From the NCBI GenBank assembly GCA_036785375.1, contig JAWMAR010000788.1, forward strand, positions 124,001-188,000: a stretch of 64,000 nucleotides of DNA, read 5' to 3'. Source of the stretch: Leucoraja ocellata (Eukaryota). This document shows positions 52,505 through 64,000 of this stretch, in pieces. Under the pieces are notes generated by a model that had not been told where the DNA came from, did not search any database, and saw only the letters and a list, made by a program, of their open reading frames with translations. Position 1 is the first letter of the stretch. Every line of letters starts with the position of its first letter. Position numbers and translations under genes: made by a program.

Positions 52505-52800
52505 AATACTAAAACCTTTAAAACCGAGATGAGAAGAACTTTTTTCACGCAGAGAGTGGTGAATCTCTGGAACTCTCTGCCACAGAGGGTAGTTGAGGCC
52601 ACTTCATTGGCTATATTTAAGAGGTAGTTAGATGTGGCCCTTGTGGCTAAGGGGATCAGGGGGTATGGAGAGAAGGCAGGTACGGGATACTGAGTTGGAT
52701 GATCAGCCATGATCATATTGAATGGCAGTGCAGGCTCGAAGGGCCGAATGGCCTACTCCTGCACCTAATTTCTATGTTTCTATGTTTCTATGTTTCTATG
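52505..52800 (+). mobile_element. Young CR1 3' end with a (TTTCTATG)n tail, ending about 35 nt before the SH2 exon
   Basis: EMRRTFFTQRVVNLWNSLP motif, 3'UTR hairpin and octamer tail. Confidence 0.85.
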
Positions 52801-52835
52801 TAAATGAAGGCTGATTCACCTCTTTGTTAATTCAG

Positions 52836-53281
52836 GAAGCCGAAGTTCTAATAGAGAGAGATGGAGATTTCCTCATCCGAGAGTCTCGCTCCAGTCCAGG
52901 AGACTTTGTACTGAGCTGCAGCTGGAAACATGAGCCTATCCACTTCAAGATCATCCGTGTGGTCCTCCGACGTAAGGAGTCCTACACCCGAGTGTTGTAT
53001 CAGTTTGAACAGGAGAGCTTCGATAACCTCCCAGCACTGGTACGATTCTACGTGGGAAACCGCAGACCGATTTCAGAGGAAAGTGGAGCAATAATCTTTC
53101 ATCCAATAAACCGCATTGTACCCTTAAGATGCATTGAGGAAAAACACAGATCGGCAGTGGGTCAGAGATTACAACACAGAGAACAGGCAGCCAGAGGCAC
53201 TGATCAAAATAAAAGATTCAGTTTAAATCTATCCGGAGGAATATCGTTGGACCAGCTTGAAGTGGATAGCAATCTTCTGAG
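52836..53281 (+). CDS. SH2D3A: NSP-family gene exon encoding the SH2 domain (EAEVLIERDGDFLIRES...YVGNRRPISEESGAIIFHPINR...SNLLR)
   Basis: ttcag acceptor ends at 52835; 446-nt open exon with the GDFLIRES SH2 signature and strong similarity to the BCAR3 SH2 exon; AG|gtaatt donor (phase 2). Confidence 0.93.
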
Positions 53282-54648
53282 GTAATTAATGATTTGGATT
53301 CATCAATCAGTTAAGCTCCCCAATGGCTTAATGTCAAGTTTAATAGATTATAAAGTGTAATCCATCATCTTCCATGCTCCATAAATATGGGTCATCAAAA
53401 CTCTTCTGATATATGCCAGCATTCACCATGTGCCATTCATTCACCGTTCCCTGAGCTCACTGACCTACATTGATTCCAGGTTTGTCTGCACTTAAATTTA
53501 GAAATCCTTGTTTTCATATCCTTCAGTGGTTTGGCCTCTTCCAATCACAACAATTTTCTCCATCCCGATCCAGTTTCCCAATTCTCAAACTTTCTGTGCT
53601 GGGAGGTTATCGAAGTTCTCCTGTTCAAACTGTGCCCTAAATTTCTCCAGCCAGCTATCTTTCTCTTCCCCTTTATACCTTAAAGCTTTTGGTGACATAA
53701 CTTGATTTCTCATTGAAAGTTTGGTTGATAACTCTCTGTAAAGTGCCTTGGGAATCTTTTAGTGTACTAATCCCAACAGAAGCTGGGACATCCCTTGAAA
53801 TCCACAGGGAAGGAAATAAATAAATCAGACAGAGATTTCTCTAGCAGGCAGTCTGATGATGGGGAAGAACAATATTAGGTTTGGCCATGAAGCTTGGATG
53901 GCTCTTTTCAATGAGGAAGCACAAGACTTCTGTAACAATCATGTGCACATGTTCATCCTTTAAATACATCCTATTTCCTTGTGAGGGTTACTATTGAACC
54001 GACTTCCACCAACTTTTCAAACAATTTATGCTCGATCAGAACTCACTGCAGAAAAATATTTTCACATTTATTCAAAAGTCTTCTCTGACACCCACTCCTC
54101 TGCCACTGGGAACTACTTCCCTTATTTACCCTATCAAAATTATTTGTGATTTTAAAAGCCTCAATCCAAATCTTGTCTTTGCTGGAGGAGGTATTATATG
54201 ATTAGGATTAATTATTAATTTTGCTCTTGTTGTCTCTCCTCACACTATCTGCATACTTGAGATAGCTGCAAACCTCCTTGTCGGCCAGAAAACGTTTGGT
54301 TGGAGCCCCATTGAACATTAATATCCAAGTTCCCAATGCAATACTAAGACAGCTGCATTGTATACATTGTGGTTTATTGTCAGTTGGTCTTCGAGTCCTC
54401 AGTAGTTACAGAAGAAATATGCTGAAATGGAGAAATAAATCAACTCTCACCAGAGTATGTAACTAATATGATTAATGTTTCCCACATTACAGCATTTCCA
54501 TCAATAGACTGTAGATTGTTTAAAGGTTATGAAAACACTATAGAAATGTATGTTCTTTAACTGCCAGTTGTATTTTACAATATCAATTTTTTGGTAAAGT
54601 GTAATCAGCAATGGCATTTCTATGTTTATCGGCATGTTTTTATGGCAG

Positions 54649-54743
54649 GAATAAGGACAAGAGTGGCAGCCATCCAAATATTCTGGACTGGATTGACAAA
54701 AGGCCATTGCAATCTGCCCAGTCTGACAGTTACCTTTCTGGAG
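54649..54743 (+). CDS. SH2D3A: NSP-family gene small exon NKDKSGSHPNILDWIDKRPLQSAQSDSYLSG (not visible in this frame in the ORF track)
   Basis: ggcag acceptor, 95 nt, GAG|gtgagt donor; enters in phase 2 and exits in phase 1, fitting both neighbouring exons; resembles BCAR3 NKEKSGSQPACLDH...QSESYL. Confidence 0.88.
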
Positions 54744-54805
54744 GTGAGTCCATTTAGAAATCTCTCTGGCACTAGATGTATTCTTATCCAACTTGTAGAT
54801 TTTCC

Positions 54806-54984
54806 CTCGAAGATAGACACAAAATACTGGAGAAACTCAGCGGGACAGGCAGTTGAGAAGAACGGTCTCAACTTGAAACATCATCCATTCCTTCTCTCCA
54901 GAGATGCTGCCTGTCCTGCTGAATTACTCCAGCATTTTGTGTCTATCTTTAGTGTATAACCAGCATCTGCAGTTCCTTCCTACA
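54806..54984. mobile_element. Penelope-derived fold-back element about 60 nt downstream of exon 54649-54743
   Basis: Inverted arms; TSD TTGTAGATTTT(T)CC at 54793-805 and 54985-98. Confidence 0.75.
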
Positions 54985-55879
54985 TTGTAGATTTTTCCTG
55001 CTGCATTATTATTTCAACTTTTGAAATAATATTTCTAGACGGTAATATTTTATGCAGCTGCACCATATTCTCTTTGATCTGGGGACTGAGTGTTGTTGTG
55101 GGATAAAAGTGGTAAATTATGAGCATGGATTGTTTATACTGACTTTGTGTTCCCTGAAGTATAAATCAAAAGAGATGATTTTAATTGATGTATCTAAGAT
55201 AATGAAAGGACTTGTTGAACTATTTCCTCCAGTGGGAGAATCCAAAACAAGGAACCTTAAATTTAGAACTAAGCCATTCAGGGTTGATGCAAGGAAATAC
55301 TTCTTCACTCAAATAATTGTTCCCCAATAGATAGACACAAAGAGCTGGAGTAACTCAGGAGAGAAGGAAAGGGTGACGTTTCGGGTTGAGACCCTTCGTG
55401 AAGAGTTGTGTGTTGTCAAGCTAGAGGAAGGAATGTAGGTGGAAGAGGAGGGGAGAAATGGGCGCAAGTCCAGGTGGTAGTAAAGAAGAGGGGTGACCCG
55501 AGGATTCATGCTTAAGATGTTTGGGAAAGAATGACAAGAGATTCAAGGCAAACAATTTTCTACATTAAATACCTCTGAAATGACAGCGGAAGCAGAGGTG
55601 AGCTTCACAAGAAAATTGGATGAATATTCAAAGGGGAAAATAATTACTACATATGGGGCAGGATTGTGAAAATGCAACTCATTGGGTAGTTAATTCATGG
55701 AGTCAGCATGGGTTCAAATGGCTTCTAAATGTCCTTATCCTTTTATAATCATGTTGCCTATCTTTGTGGTTAGTGTAAGACAGATGTGGTTATAAATTGG
55801 TGAAGCAGGTAAACGTTATGACTGTATTCGATGTTTCATCCGTTTAACAAGCTGTTATTTCTCAGTTACCTTTTCATTT

Positions 55880-56720
55880 AAGCTCTTTGACAAGTTCCCA
55901 CATGATAGGCTTGTTGAGAAAGTTAGTTCACGGTGTTTACAAACTGGATCAAAGATTGTTTTGGTGGTGGGAATAGAGGGTAGTGGTGAAGGGTTATTTT
56001 TCTGACCATAAGTCTGTAACAATGGTGTATGAGTGCTGGGACCTTTGTTGTTTGACATACGTAAGATGCATAAGAATGTCTGTCGTCTGATAAGTACGTT
56101 TGCCGATGACACAAAGATTGGTGGACTTGTAGATAGCGAGGATGTTTGCAGAAAGGTGCAGAGAGACATAGATCAGCTGAAAAGTTGGGCAAAATGTGGC
56201 AGATGGAACATGAGCCAGACAAGTGTAAGATAATGCATTTTGCCTCGACTACTACTGGTTGGTAAACACCAAGATGACAATGCACAGAGGGAGTTTGAAT
56301 TGCAAATTCATATTCTCTGAAAATGGCGAAACAGATGAATAAGATAGTATAAATCTCAATTTAGTTTGCTCGCCTTCATGGCCAGGGGTAGTCAAGTCAA
56401 GTCAAGTATGAGTATGAGTTGGGACATCATATTACAGTGATGCAAGATACATTCTGAAGAAGGGTCTCGACCCAAAACATCACCCACTCCTTCTCTCCAG
56501 AGATGCTGCCTGTCCCGCTGAGTTACTCCAGCTTTTTATGTCGTAACAGTGATACAAGGTATTGGCTAGTCCACACTCGCAGTTCTGGTCGCACCTGAAA
56601 GAATGCAAATAAAATTTACCGGGAATGTTATCCAAAATGAAGGTCTCTAGTTAGAAGGAGAGATTGAATAGGCTAGGGTTGTTTTTATTAGACCCCAGGA
56701 GGCTAAAGAGGGACCGTATG
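55880..56720 (+). mobile_element. Degraded CR1 RT fragment
   Basis: FDKVPH, SVLGPLLF, FADDTKIGG motifs with frameshifts. Confidence 0.8.
56447..56545 (+). mobile_element. Penelope-derived short element nested in a CR1
   Basis: CTGAAGAAGGGTCTCGACCCAAAACATC; TSD ACAGTGAT(G/A)CAAG at 56434-46 and 56546-58. Confidence 0.72.
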
Positions 56721-56796
56721 AAAATGAAAGGACAAGTACATTATGGGATTAACATAATTCACCATTTATATTAACACTTGTGTTTCTCTGCCACAG

Positions 56797-57425
56797 GACC
56801 CAGGGACTTCATTCAAGCAAATGGGACGCAGAAAATCATTCGCTCTTCGTCTGTAATGTATAGAGCAGGGAGTGATCCATTAATCAACCCGAAAGTGGGC
56901 TTAAGACGCCTTGGTTCCCAGTCCAGTATTGGATCGAGAGGTTCTGAAGGACAGTTGTACTCCAAGGCACCTCCAAAGCCATTCAGAGTTCCATCTGTCA
57001 TGGTCACAGACACCCCACACGATCCAAACTTGGATGGAAATGTCTATAGTGAGCTGGTGCCCAATATGCAAATACAAAGTCAGACACCCTCACCGCCAAA
57101 GAGTCATGTGGAGAGATTACGAGCTGCAGAACGATCGCAGGTCAGAACCCGAATGACAGACACCAATTTTTGCCTCCTGGATTTAGATATAAACTCAATT
57201 TCCATGAAGGCATGCCAGGAAGAAGTTGTGAAGGATGATGGCTGGTCATTCACTCGGCCAGAACTGGAAGCTACAAGCTCATTTAAACTTGACACCTTTA
57301 CATCAATCTTACTTCCCTTTGACAACAGATCTCTAGATCCGAATGTGCTTAAGCGTCTCAAAGAAATATTTCATGAAAATGATGCAAAGACTATTGCACA
57401 GCATATTCTGAAAGAGGATTGTCAG
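56797..57425 (+). CDS. SH2D3A: NSP-family gene exon: Pro/Ser-rich linker and start of the RasGEF-like (Cas-binding) domain
   Basis: ccacag acceptor, 629 nt, CAG|gtacat donor. Motifs RAGSDP, RGSEGQLYSKAPPKP.R.PS, YSELVP, FTRP, NRSLDPNVL and DCQ fit SH2D3A better than BCAR3. Confidence 0.9.
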
Positions 57426-58399
57426 GTACATAAGTGTTCGTGATCAGCCGGTTTATTATATGACCTTGCTCTTAGATTTATTTTGCATTGCTTTCACCTT
57501 TAAATAATTTATTTGAATAGGTAAACGGTAAATAACTGGCTCTGCGTTTAAACCTCTAATAGAGAAAGCAGTGAGAAGTGCCACATGAGGCCATTTGGCC
57601 CATTGGGACCATGCAGAGTAGCAGAAATTCTCACTGGAACTGTCTCGCCATGGCTCCCCCATCAATACTCCTTTACTTGTATCCTTATCACTCACCTGCA
57701 CAAAGGGATAATTTACCGTGACAGAACAGAGCTAAGATTTAGATGCTTTAAGGAGGTCATAAATATAACTAAACTTCGTGGTCTGTCTGGAGGCATAGAC
57801 TTGAACTAGAGGCCATATAAATATAATAAATCCAATAATGAAATCAGGATTACCTGTCAAACAGAAAATGGTTAAGTTATAGAAAAGTATGTAGAGACAG
57901 AACCATACAGAAACAACATTGAAACCGGCCCCTCAGCTCATTTGCCACACCCATTTTTACACAAATCGTACCCTAACCCATTTTATTCTCCCCATATTCC
58001 CATCAGATCAACCCCCACCACTCACTTGGACACTAGATGCAGTTTACACTGGAATAATAACCCATGCAGTCCTACTACTAACTGCACCACCCCCATTACA
58101 GCAGTAGGCCATTCATCTCCTAGAGTTTGTGCTAGCAATCCAACCAGTCCCATCCCCCTGGCCTTCAAATTACTTTTAATCTGCCTATCCAATCCCCTTT
58201 GTAAAATAACCCAAATTGACTTTGTTTCACGACCCCACGTGCAAGTTTCTTCCAGTTACACAAAAAAACATATTTCCCCTTGAACATTTGCCCAGAACAT
58301 TAAATTTGTTTCTGGTCCCTGAAGACAGCTTCTCTCTATTTACCCAATCTAAACCAGTGTTGATCTTGTATACCGCTAGTGAATAAAAACTAAATAAAT

Positions 58400-59430
58400 A
58401 TGAGCAGGAATAAACCAAACAGCCCACAAGCCTTCACCACTACTCATTAAGATTATTGTTGATATTCTATCCATTTTCCACTACAGTCATTTCCTCTGTC
58501 ATTTCCGTGCCATTTTTCACTACTGTCCCCTAAAGTTCTGAAATCTGTAGACTAATGTCTTGAATGAACACAGTGGCTGATCCTCCACCGCCCTCTGTGT
58601 GAGAGAACTTCAAAGGTGAAGAAAGTTCCCACCTCACTTCAGTCCTAAACGGTCTACCCTTTATTTTAAAACTGTGCCACTGGTCCTGCACAGCTCGGGG
58701 GGGAAACCTGCCCTGCAGAAAGCTCGTCAAATCCTTGAAGAATGGCGAGTTATGATGGGATTTCTTATTTTTCTGTACACTGGTTAACACAATCCCAGCC
58801 TGCTCCATCTCTGTTCACTCACACTGCAAACCCTCTAAATCTGAAACCACTCAGGTGAATTCTCATTTCACTCTCTCAGTGGCAAATACATTCTTTCTTG
58901 GGTAAAGAGATCTAAACTATACCCCAGGTGCAGTCTTAGTTATAATGAGACTTCCATCCTTTTTTCCCCAATCATTTTGCAATAAAGCTAACATACATTT
59001 TGCCTTTTCAATTGCTTGCTGCATCTACCCAATGACCTGTGATCTGAACACCTAAGCACCTTTGATAATCAATGTTTTCCAGTCTCTCTCCACTTAACAA
59101 ATATTTCAGAGTTCTATTATACCTACCAAAGGATACTACAAGCGGCACACTTCCCACACTATATTCCAAAAGTATATTATCACCCACTTACTCAGCATAT
59201 CTCCTTCTCCTCTTCAAATCCTCTTTCTCCACGATTGCAATATTCAACCTAATCTATTATCAACACACTGATCCGGCTTATGAAAAACTGGGGGCCCAAG
59301 CAGCAACCCCTGCAGTACATCACTATCACAGCCGGCCAACCTGAGATCAATCCATTTATTTCCACTCTTTGCTTTTCATCCGAGTACAAAATCTCCATCT
59401 GTGTCCGTTCCTTACTTCCAATTCCATGTA
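58400..59430 (-). mobile_element. Old, degraded CR1-type LINE
   Basis: Antisense remnants of QGLLLGP and RGHSFKIKGRPFRTEVR motifs. Confidence 0.6.
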
Positions 59431-59450
59431 ATAATAATAATAATAATAAT
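59428..59450. repeat. (TAA)n microsatellite
   Basis: Direct reading. Confidence 0.85.
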
Positions 59451-59882
59451 ATCTTTTATTGTCATTGCACAGAGGTGCAATGAGATTTGGTATTTTATAT
59501 TTCTCTGCTGACCAACCTCCTGTGTGAAATTTATTTAGTGATAATGGAATTCTTCCATCCCATTATTCTCATGAGTTCCATTTCCTTCCTATTCTTGCTG
59601 CTGACATTTGCACATGAATCATTGTGAGGAAAGCCATAATGCTATATACATGTATATCAGTAGTGGTCTTCAGTGGCCCCATATACTCTGAAGGAAAAGT
59701 CTTGGTGTCCACAAACATTTGTCATTTGAATCTAGACTTCAATGTAAATGTTGAATGTTTGTGTGCGGTTACTTGCAGAATAGGTAAGCCATTACACCAG
59801 AAACTGAGGACTCCTTTGGAAACAAAGTAGGAGTAGGAGCAGCAAATTATTTTAAGCTCACAGTAAGATTGATGTGCTTTGG

Positions 59883-60057
59883 AATACACAAAGTACTGAA
59901 GTAACTCAGCGGGTCAGGCAGCATTTCTGAAGAACACTGATAGGTGAAGTTTTGGATCGGGATGCATTATATCCAGAGATGGTGCCTGACCCACTGAGTT
60001 AGTCCAGCACTTTGTTTCTTCTTTTGTAAGCCAGCATCTGCAGTTCCTTGTTTCTTC
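59883..60057. mobile_element. Penelope-derived fold-back element inserted in the 3' splice region of exon 60077
   Basis: Arms 59888-929 and 59974-60015; TSD ATGTGCTTTGG at 59872-82 and 60058-68. Confidence 0.75.
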
Positions 60058-60076
60058 ATGTGCTTTGGTCTTGTAG

Positions 60077-60192
60077 GTGGCTCGCATCATCAATGTGTCC
60101 GCAGAACAGAAGAAGATGATGGGCGTGAACTCAGGACTTGATCTGATTACGTTGCCTCATGGACACCAGCTGAGGATGGATCTCTTAGATAG
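60077..60192 (+). CDS. SH2D3A: NSP-family gene exon VARIINVSAEQKKMMGVNSGLDLITLPHGHQLRMDLLDR
   Basis: ttgtag acceptor, 116 nt, AG|gtaata donor; hallmark NSP motif MGV.SGL.L.TLPHG.QLR. Confidence 0.92.
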
Positions 60193-60409
60193 GTAATATA
60201 TAAGCAATACCAACAAAGCACTCAGTAACATTAGATACAGATTCTAATAGGTCTGAGTTTCTGTTGTGGACAATTGATAAAGAAACTATGACTGTTTTCT
60301 AAAACAAACAGAAACCAAAAGCAGCAGGTCAGACCACATCCGCTGAGATTATTGCAGATTAATGACTTTTTGTCCATAGATATCTTGCCACAAGAAATAG
60401 ATGCAATCC

Positions 60410-60975
60410 TGGATAAAGTGGATGTGGAGAGGATGTTTCTACAAGTGGGAAGAGTCTACGAACAGAGGCCAGAGCCTCTGAATAAAAGGTCTCTGTTCGT
60501 AAGGAGATGAGGAAGAATTTCTTCAGTCAGAGGGTGGTGAATCAGTCCAATTCAAAGCCACATAAAGGGCCTGTCCCACTTTCACGACCTAATTCACAAC
60601 CTTTTTTACTCATGGCCATTTTTCATCAGGCTAGAAAAATGCCTCGACCTAATTGATGCCACGAGTATCTACGACTAGCATCACGACCTGCCTACGACCT
60701 CGTGACGACCATGCTGGAGTATGAGTCAAGGGCAAACTCGGCAGAGGTCGTGAATTAGGTCTTGAAAGTGGGACAGGCCCTTAAGGCTGTGGAGGCCATG
60801 TCAATGGATATTTTTAAGTCGAAGATTGGTAGATTCCTGATTAGTTCGGGTATCAGGGGTTCTGGGGAGAAGGCAGAGGAATGGGATTAAGAGGGAAAGA
60901 TAGATCAGCCATGATTGAATGGCGGAGGAAACCTGATGGCCGAATGGCCTAATTCTGCTCCTATAATTTATGAAG
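60410..60975 (+). mobile_element. CR1 3' end (host of the MITE at 60566-60781)
   Basis: LDKVDVERMF...EMRKNFFSQRVV motif and 3'UTR. Confidence 0.8.
60566..60781. mobile_element. Second Harbinger-like MITE family (216 bp), nested in a CR1 3' end
   Basis: TIR AGGGCCTGTCCCACTTTCA...TGAAAGTGGGACAGGCCCT with an exact TAA TSD (60563-65, 60782-84); the host CR1 reads through once the insert is removed. Confidence 0.88.
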
Positions 60976-61021
60976 ATGAATTAAAATATTGTTATTAACC
61001 TTCGCCTATTGTTTTTTTCAG

Positions 61022-61193
61022 GCATCATTTAATAGCACTGGGTATTGCTGTGGACATCCTAGGTTGCACAGGAAGTGTTGGACAAAGATCGGCAGTGCTG
61101 CATAAAGTTGTCCAACTTGCAGTTGAGCTGAAAGATTCCATGGGAGATCTTTTTGCATTCTCAGCAGTGATGAAAGCATTGGAGCTGCCTCAG
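61022..61193 (+). CDS. SH2D3A: NSP-family gene exon HHLIALGIAVDILGCTGSVGQRSAVLHKVVQLAVELKDSMGDLFAFSAVMKALELPQ; further exons expected beyond the window
   Basis: tttttttcag acceptor, 172 nt, CAG|gtactt donor; near-identical to the BCAR3 RasGEF-like motif AVDILGCTG...ELKDSMGDL...MKALE.PQ. Confidence 0.92.
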
Positions 61194-62102
61194 GTACTTG
61201 GATGGGTACCTGTGTTTTTACTTTCTCATTTCCCACCTCTTGGGTTACTTTTAGTCTCTTTTCAATTCTAACTCCTCCGAGGACTTGAGAATCACAACAG
61301 AGCATAATCTGCATCCTTCATATGTTCAGCAGAGTTAAAAATTGAATGATTAGAGCATTTCACAGAACGAGGCCATAATCTCCACTGAGCCTAATCATGA
61401 TCTAATTAGCTTCCGCGTCCTACTTTTTTCCCCTAACCCTGAAAATGTTTCCTTCTCATGTGTATGCACGTCCTATTTGAATCTGCTTCCACCACCCTTT
61501 TTCAGCATCATAACAATTAAATGCAGAAAAAAATATATTATTTTCTCCTCATCTAATTCTGTTGCTATTTTCAAGTTCTTGAACCTCTGTTGGGTTTAGA
61601 TTGTTTCATTATTTGTAAGTCAGGGTGATTTAATGATACGGAATTCGATCAACTGCATTTGTAGCAGTCCCCCAAGTCCAAATTGGGCTGAGTCTCTTTT
61701 AATTTATTTTAACGTAATTGCAAGAAGCTAGAAAGCGGTGAAGACAGGCTTCCACAGGCAGCAAGAATTCAGAAATCACTGACTGAAAGGGCAGTGAAAG
61801 AAGTTTCATTCGTAACTTTCAGAGGGGAATTGGATGAATACTTAGAGGGGAGAAATTTGCTGGGCTGTGGAAAAACGAGAAGGGAGTGAGTCTAATTTCA
61901 CGGTTTTTCCAATGATCCAGCACAGGCATCATAATAAAACCAAGTCTCTGCCTTGCTTAACTCCGGTATAATCCTGTGTGCCTGGTAAATTCCTGGTGGA
62001 CTTTAGTAATGTAACTGCGCAGAGGTAACAGAATAAACCTGTAGTCTATTATACCACAACGTGAGCAATGCCCTGCACTTACACATCAACAATTGAAAGG
62101 TG

Positions 62103-62204
62103 GACAAAAATGCTGGAGAAACTCCATAGATGTTGACTCACCCGCTGAGTTTCTCCAGCATTTATGTCTACCTTCGATTTTCCAGCATCTGCTGTTCCTT
62201 CTTG
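62103..62204. mobile_element. Penelope-derived fold-back element with a 15-bp TSD
   Basis: TSD AACAATTGAAAGGTG at 62088-102 and 62205-19. Confidence 0.72.
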
Positions 62205-63324
62205 AACAATTGAAAGGTGATCATTTTCAGAAACAATTTCAACAACTTCATTTTTAAAAATTTGATTTTGATTTTTGATGACTGCTGTCCATTTCATAAT
62301 CATTAGTATTTTGTGCTTGGGAATACACTCTGGGCAGGCTCAGGAGGCACTTGAATATAGCGGGCAATAAAGTTGCCCATATCTGATATTCTCATGCTGT
62401 ACAGAAAATAATGATTATAATCAATGCACATTTTTAAAAGGTTTTCCCATTCCTGGTATATATAGGATTGCAAAGGTCAGATGGAGGTCCCATTTTTTTT
62501 TTTAAACTGGCAAGTCCAGCTATCTTATTGCAGACCAGATATCAAACCACCATAGTCTGCTGGTGACTCTAGGGTTATTCAGAGTAGAAGATTATTCAAC
62601 CCAAGCCTGTTCCAAGATTCTCATTTTAGCTGCGGATTTCTCAGTAACCTTATCAACAATAATCTATCAATCTTGGTCATAAAAGCAACAGTTGGTTCAT
62701 TGTACACTGTCTTTTAGAAGAGGTTGTGCCAGTTTCCACTACTCCGTGTGCCAAAATGTGTTTTGATTTCACTCTTATACAATCAAGCTTCCATTTTACG
62801 ATTGTTTTAGATTTCCCCACCAGGTTAAATTATCTTATCTCTATTCACCCTTTCAAATCTCTTAAACATTTTAAACAACGTCAAAACAAGCCCTTAATGA
62901 GTTAGTGAAAAGGTACATGCTTGGGATACAAGTTGGTTGTGATATAATTTGAGCATAGGCTGTGTAACATTTGCTTGTATTCATTTGTTTAGAAGATTGA
63001 GGGTTGATCGAGATATCTTCATATGATGTCCTACAGTCTTCTAAGTTTAAAGGAACACCAGACAGTATTACATAAAATTAAACAACCCATTCTAATCACA
63101 TAACAGTCCAAACAGTTTCATTCTGTGACCTGACACTGAAATCCCTCTTAGTCCAATATATTATTTGAAGTGCTGTACACAAATCTGTTGGTATTTGATC
63201 AAGGCTGTGAACAATTCAAGCAACATTTCCTTCCCTTTGAATTCCCTCCCCACCTCCAACTCCAAGCTAATGGGTGGGGGTAATTATAATTTTGTTCCTT
63301 GACCTTACTGTATTCGGACAGTCG

Positions 63325-63630
63325 ACCAGTAATCTAGAGACCTAGATTAACAATCCAGAGATATGAATTCAAATCCCACAGTGACTGCTGTGGAATTTAC
63401 ATTTCAGCTAAAGGACTGGATTTTTTTCTTAAATTGGAATTTATGATCATGACCACAAAAATGACAGAATTTTTAAAAGCTCTTTATGGGAGAAAGCCAT
63501 CCTTACTTAGACTGGTCAAAATGTGGCCAGCTCCGCAACGATCTAGTACAGCACTCAGTTCAAAAGCATTTATGGGTCGACAATAAATAGTAGTTTTGGC
63601 AGTGACATTCGCATCCTGAACAAATGAAGT
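63325..63630 (+). mobile_element. Old tRNA-derived SINE with an L2-like tail
   Basis: B-box-like GAATTCAAATCCC and tail CAATAAAT...GGCAGTGACATTCGCATCC..AATGAA. Confidence 0.5.
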
Positions 63631-64000
63631 AAAGGCAATGAAATGTTAAAAATGTATTGTGTCATTTGGAGTTTGGGAAAGACTTCATAGAAAGTAGAAA
63701 CTATTCAAAATAAAATCTCAAAATACAACTAATTAGCAGGAACTTAACAAGTTCTCCCACAACAATCTCTCCACATAATGGAGTGAGTTAAAGATAGTTA
63801 CATAATTCAGAGTTTCCCCGTAAAACCAATTCTGGTCATTTACGACTGTTGTGTCTGCGGATGGCTGAGAAGGGTAGTTAATCTATGCTGGCCTCTAATG
63901 CTGGCTGCCTTTACAACGGCCATGTCAACCACATGAAAACCTGGGAACTAAACCTCCACTGTTGATTGGAAATTGTTCAACTCCAGAAATAGAGTAACGA

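Noticed and set aside
51432-61193. Assignment as true BCAR3 or SH2D3C
   Set aside because: More divergent than expected for an ortholog, and it shares SH2D3A-type motifs (RQ.AE.L, SDP, KAP.KP.R.PS, ELVP, FTRP, DCQ); not excluded without a phylogeny.
61194-64000. Next NSP exon (ITRLE.TW..LR)
   Set aside because: No matching exon found by eye; presumably beyond the window.

Overview
This is eukaryotic, repeat-rich vertebrate DNA, most likely a skate or ray genome (inferred from HE1/V-SINEs, CR1/HER1 tails, Penelope-derived units and DeuSINE remnants). Only one protein-coding gene is supported: a + strand NSP-family gene (SH2 plus RasGEF-like domain; BCAR3-like, closest in diagnostic motifs to SH2D3A/NSP1). 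Six coding exons lie between 51432 and 61193 (522 codons, all GT-AG, phases consistent), and the gene continues past the window end. An intron-containing tRNA-Arg(TCT) gene lies on the - strand at 32504-32588, head-to-head with a palindrome-rich CpG island (RFX, YY1, GC-box and CRE motifs) that has been interrupted by a Rex1/Babar LINE and is followed by a Gypsy 3'/LTR remnant. The remainder is intergenic or intronic and full of SINEs, LINE fragments, Harbinger MITEs and short Penelope-derived elements that carry minimal hammerhead ribozyme motifs. Main leads: (1) the tRNA/NSP-gene head-to-head arrangement resembles the human tRNA-Arg-TCT-1-1/BCAR3 locus but here sits beside a paralog; (2) a family of short hammerhead-bearing fold-back insertions with 11-15 bp TSDs, one of them inside a 3' splice site; (3) a probable 1-nt frameshift that detaches the gene's N-terminal extension; (4) several templated inverted duplications. 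Repeat boundaries are approximate, and human comparisons are from memory and need checking.
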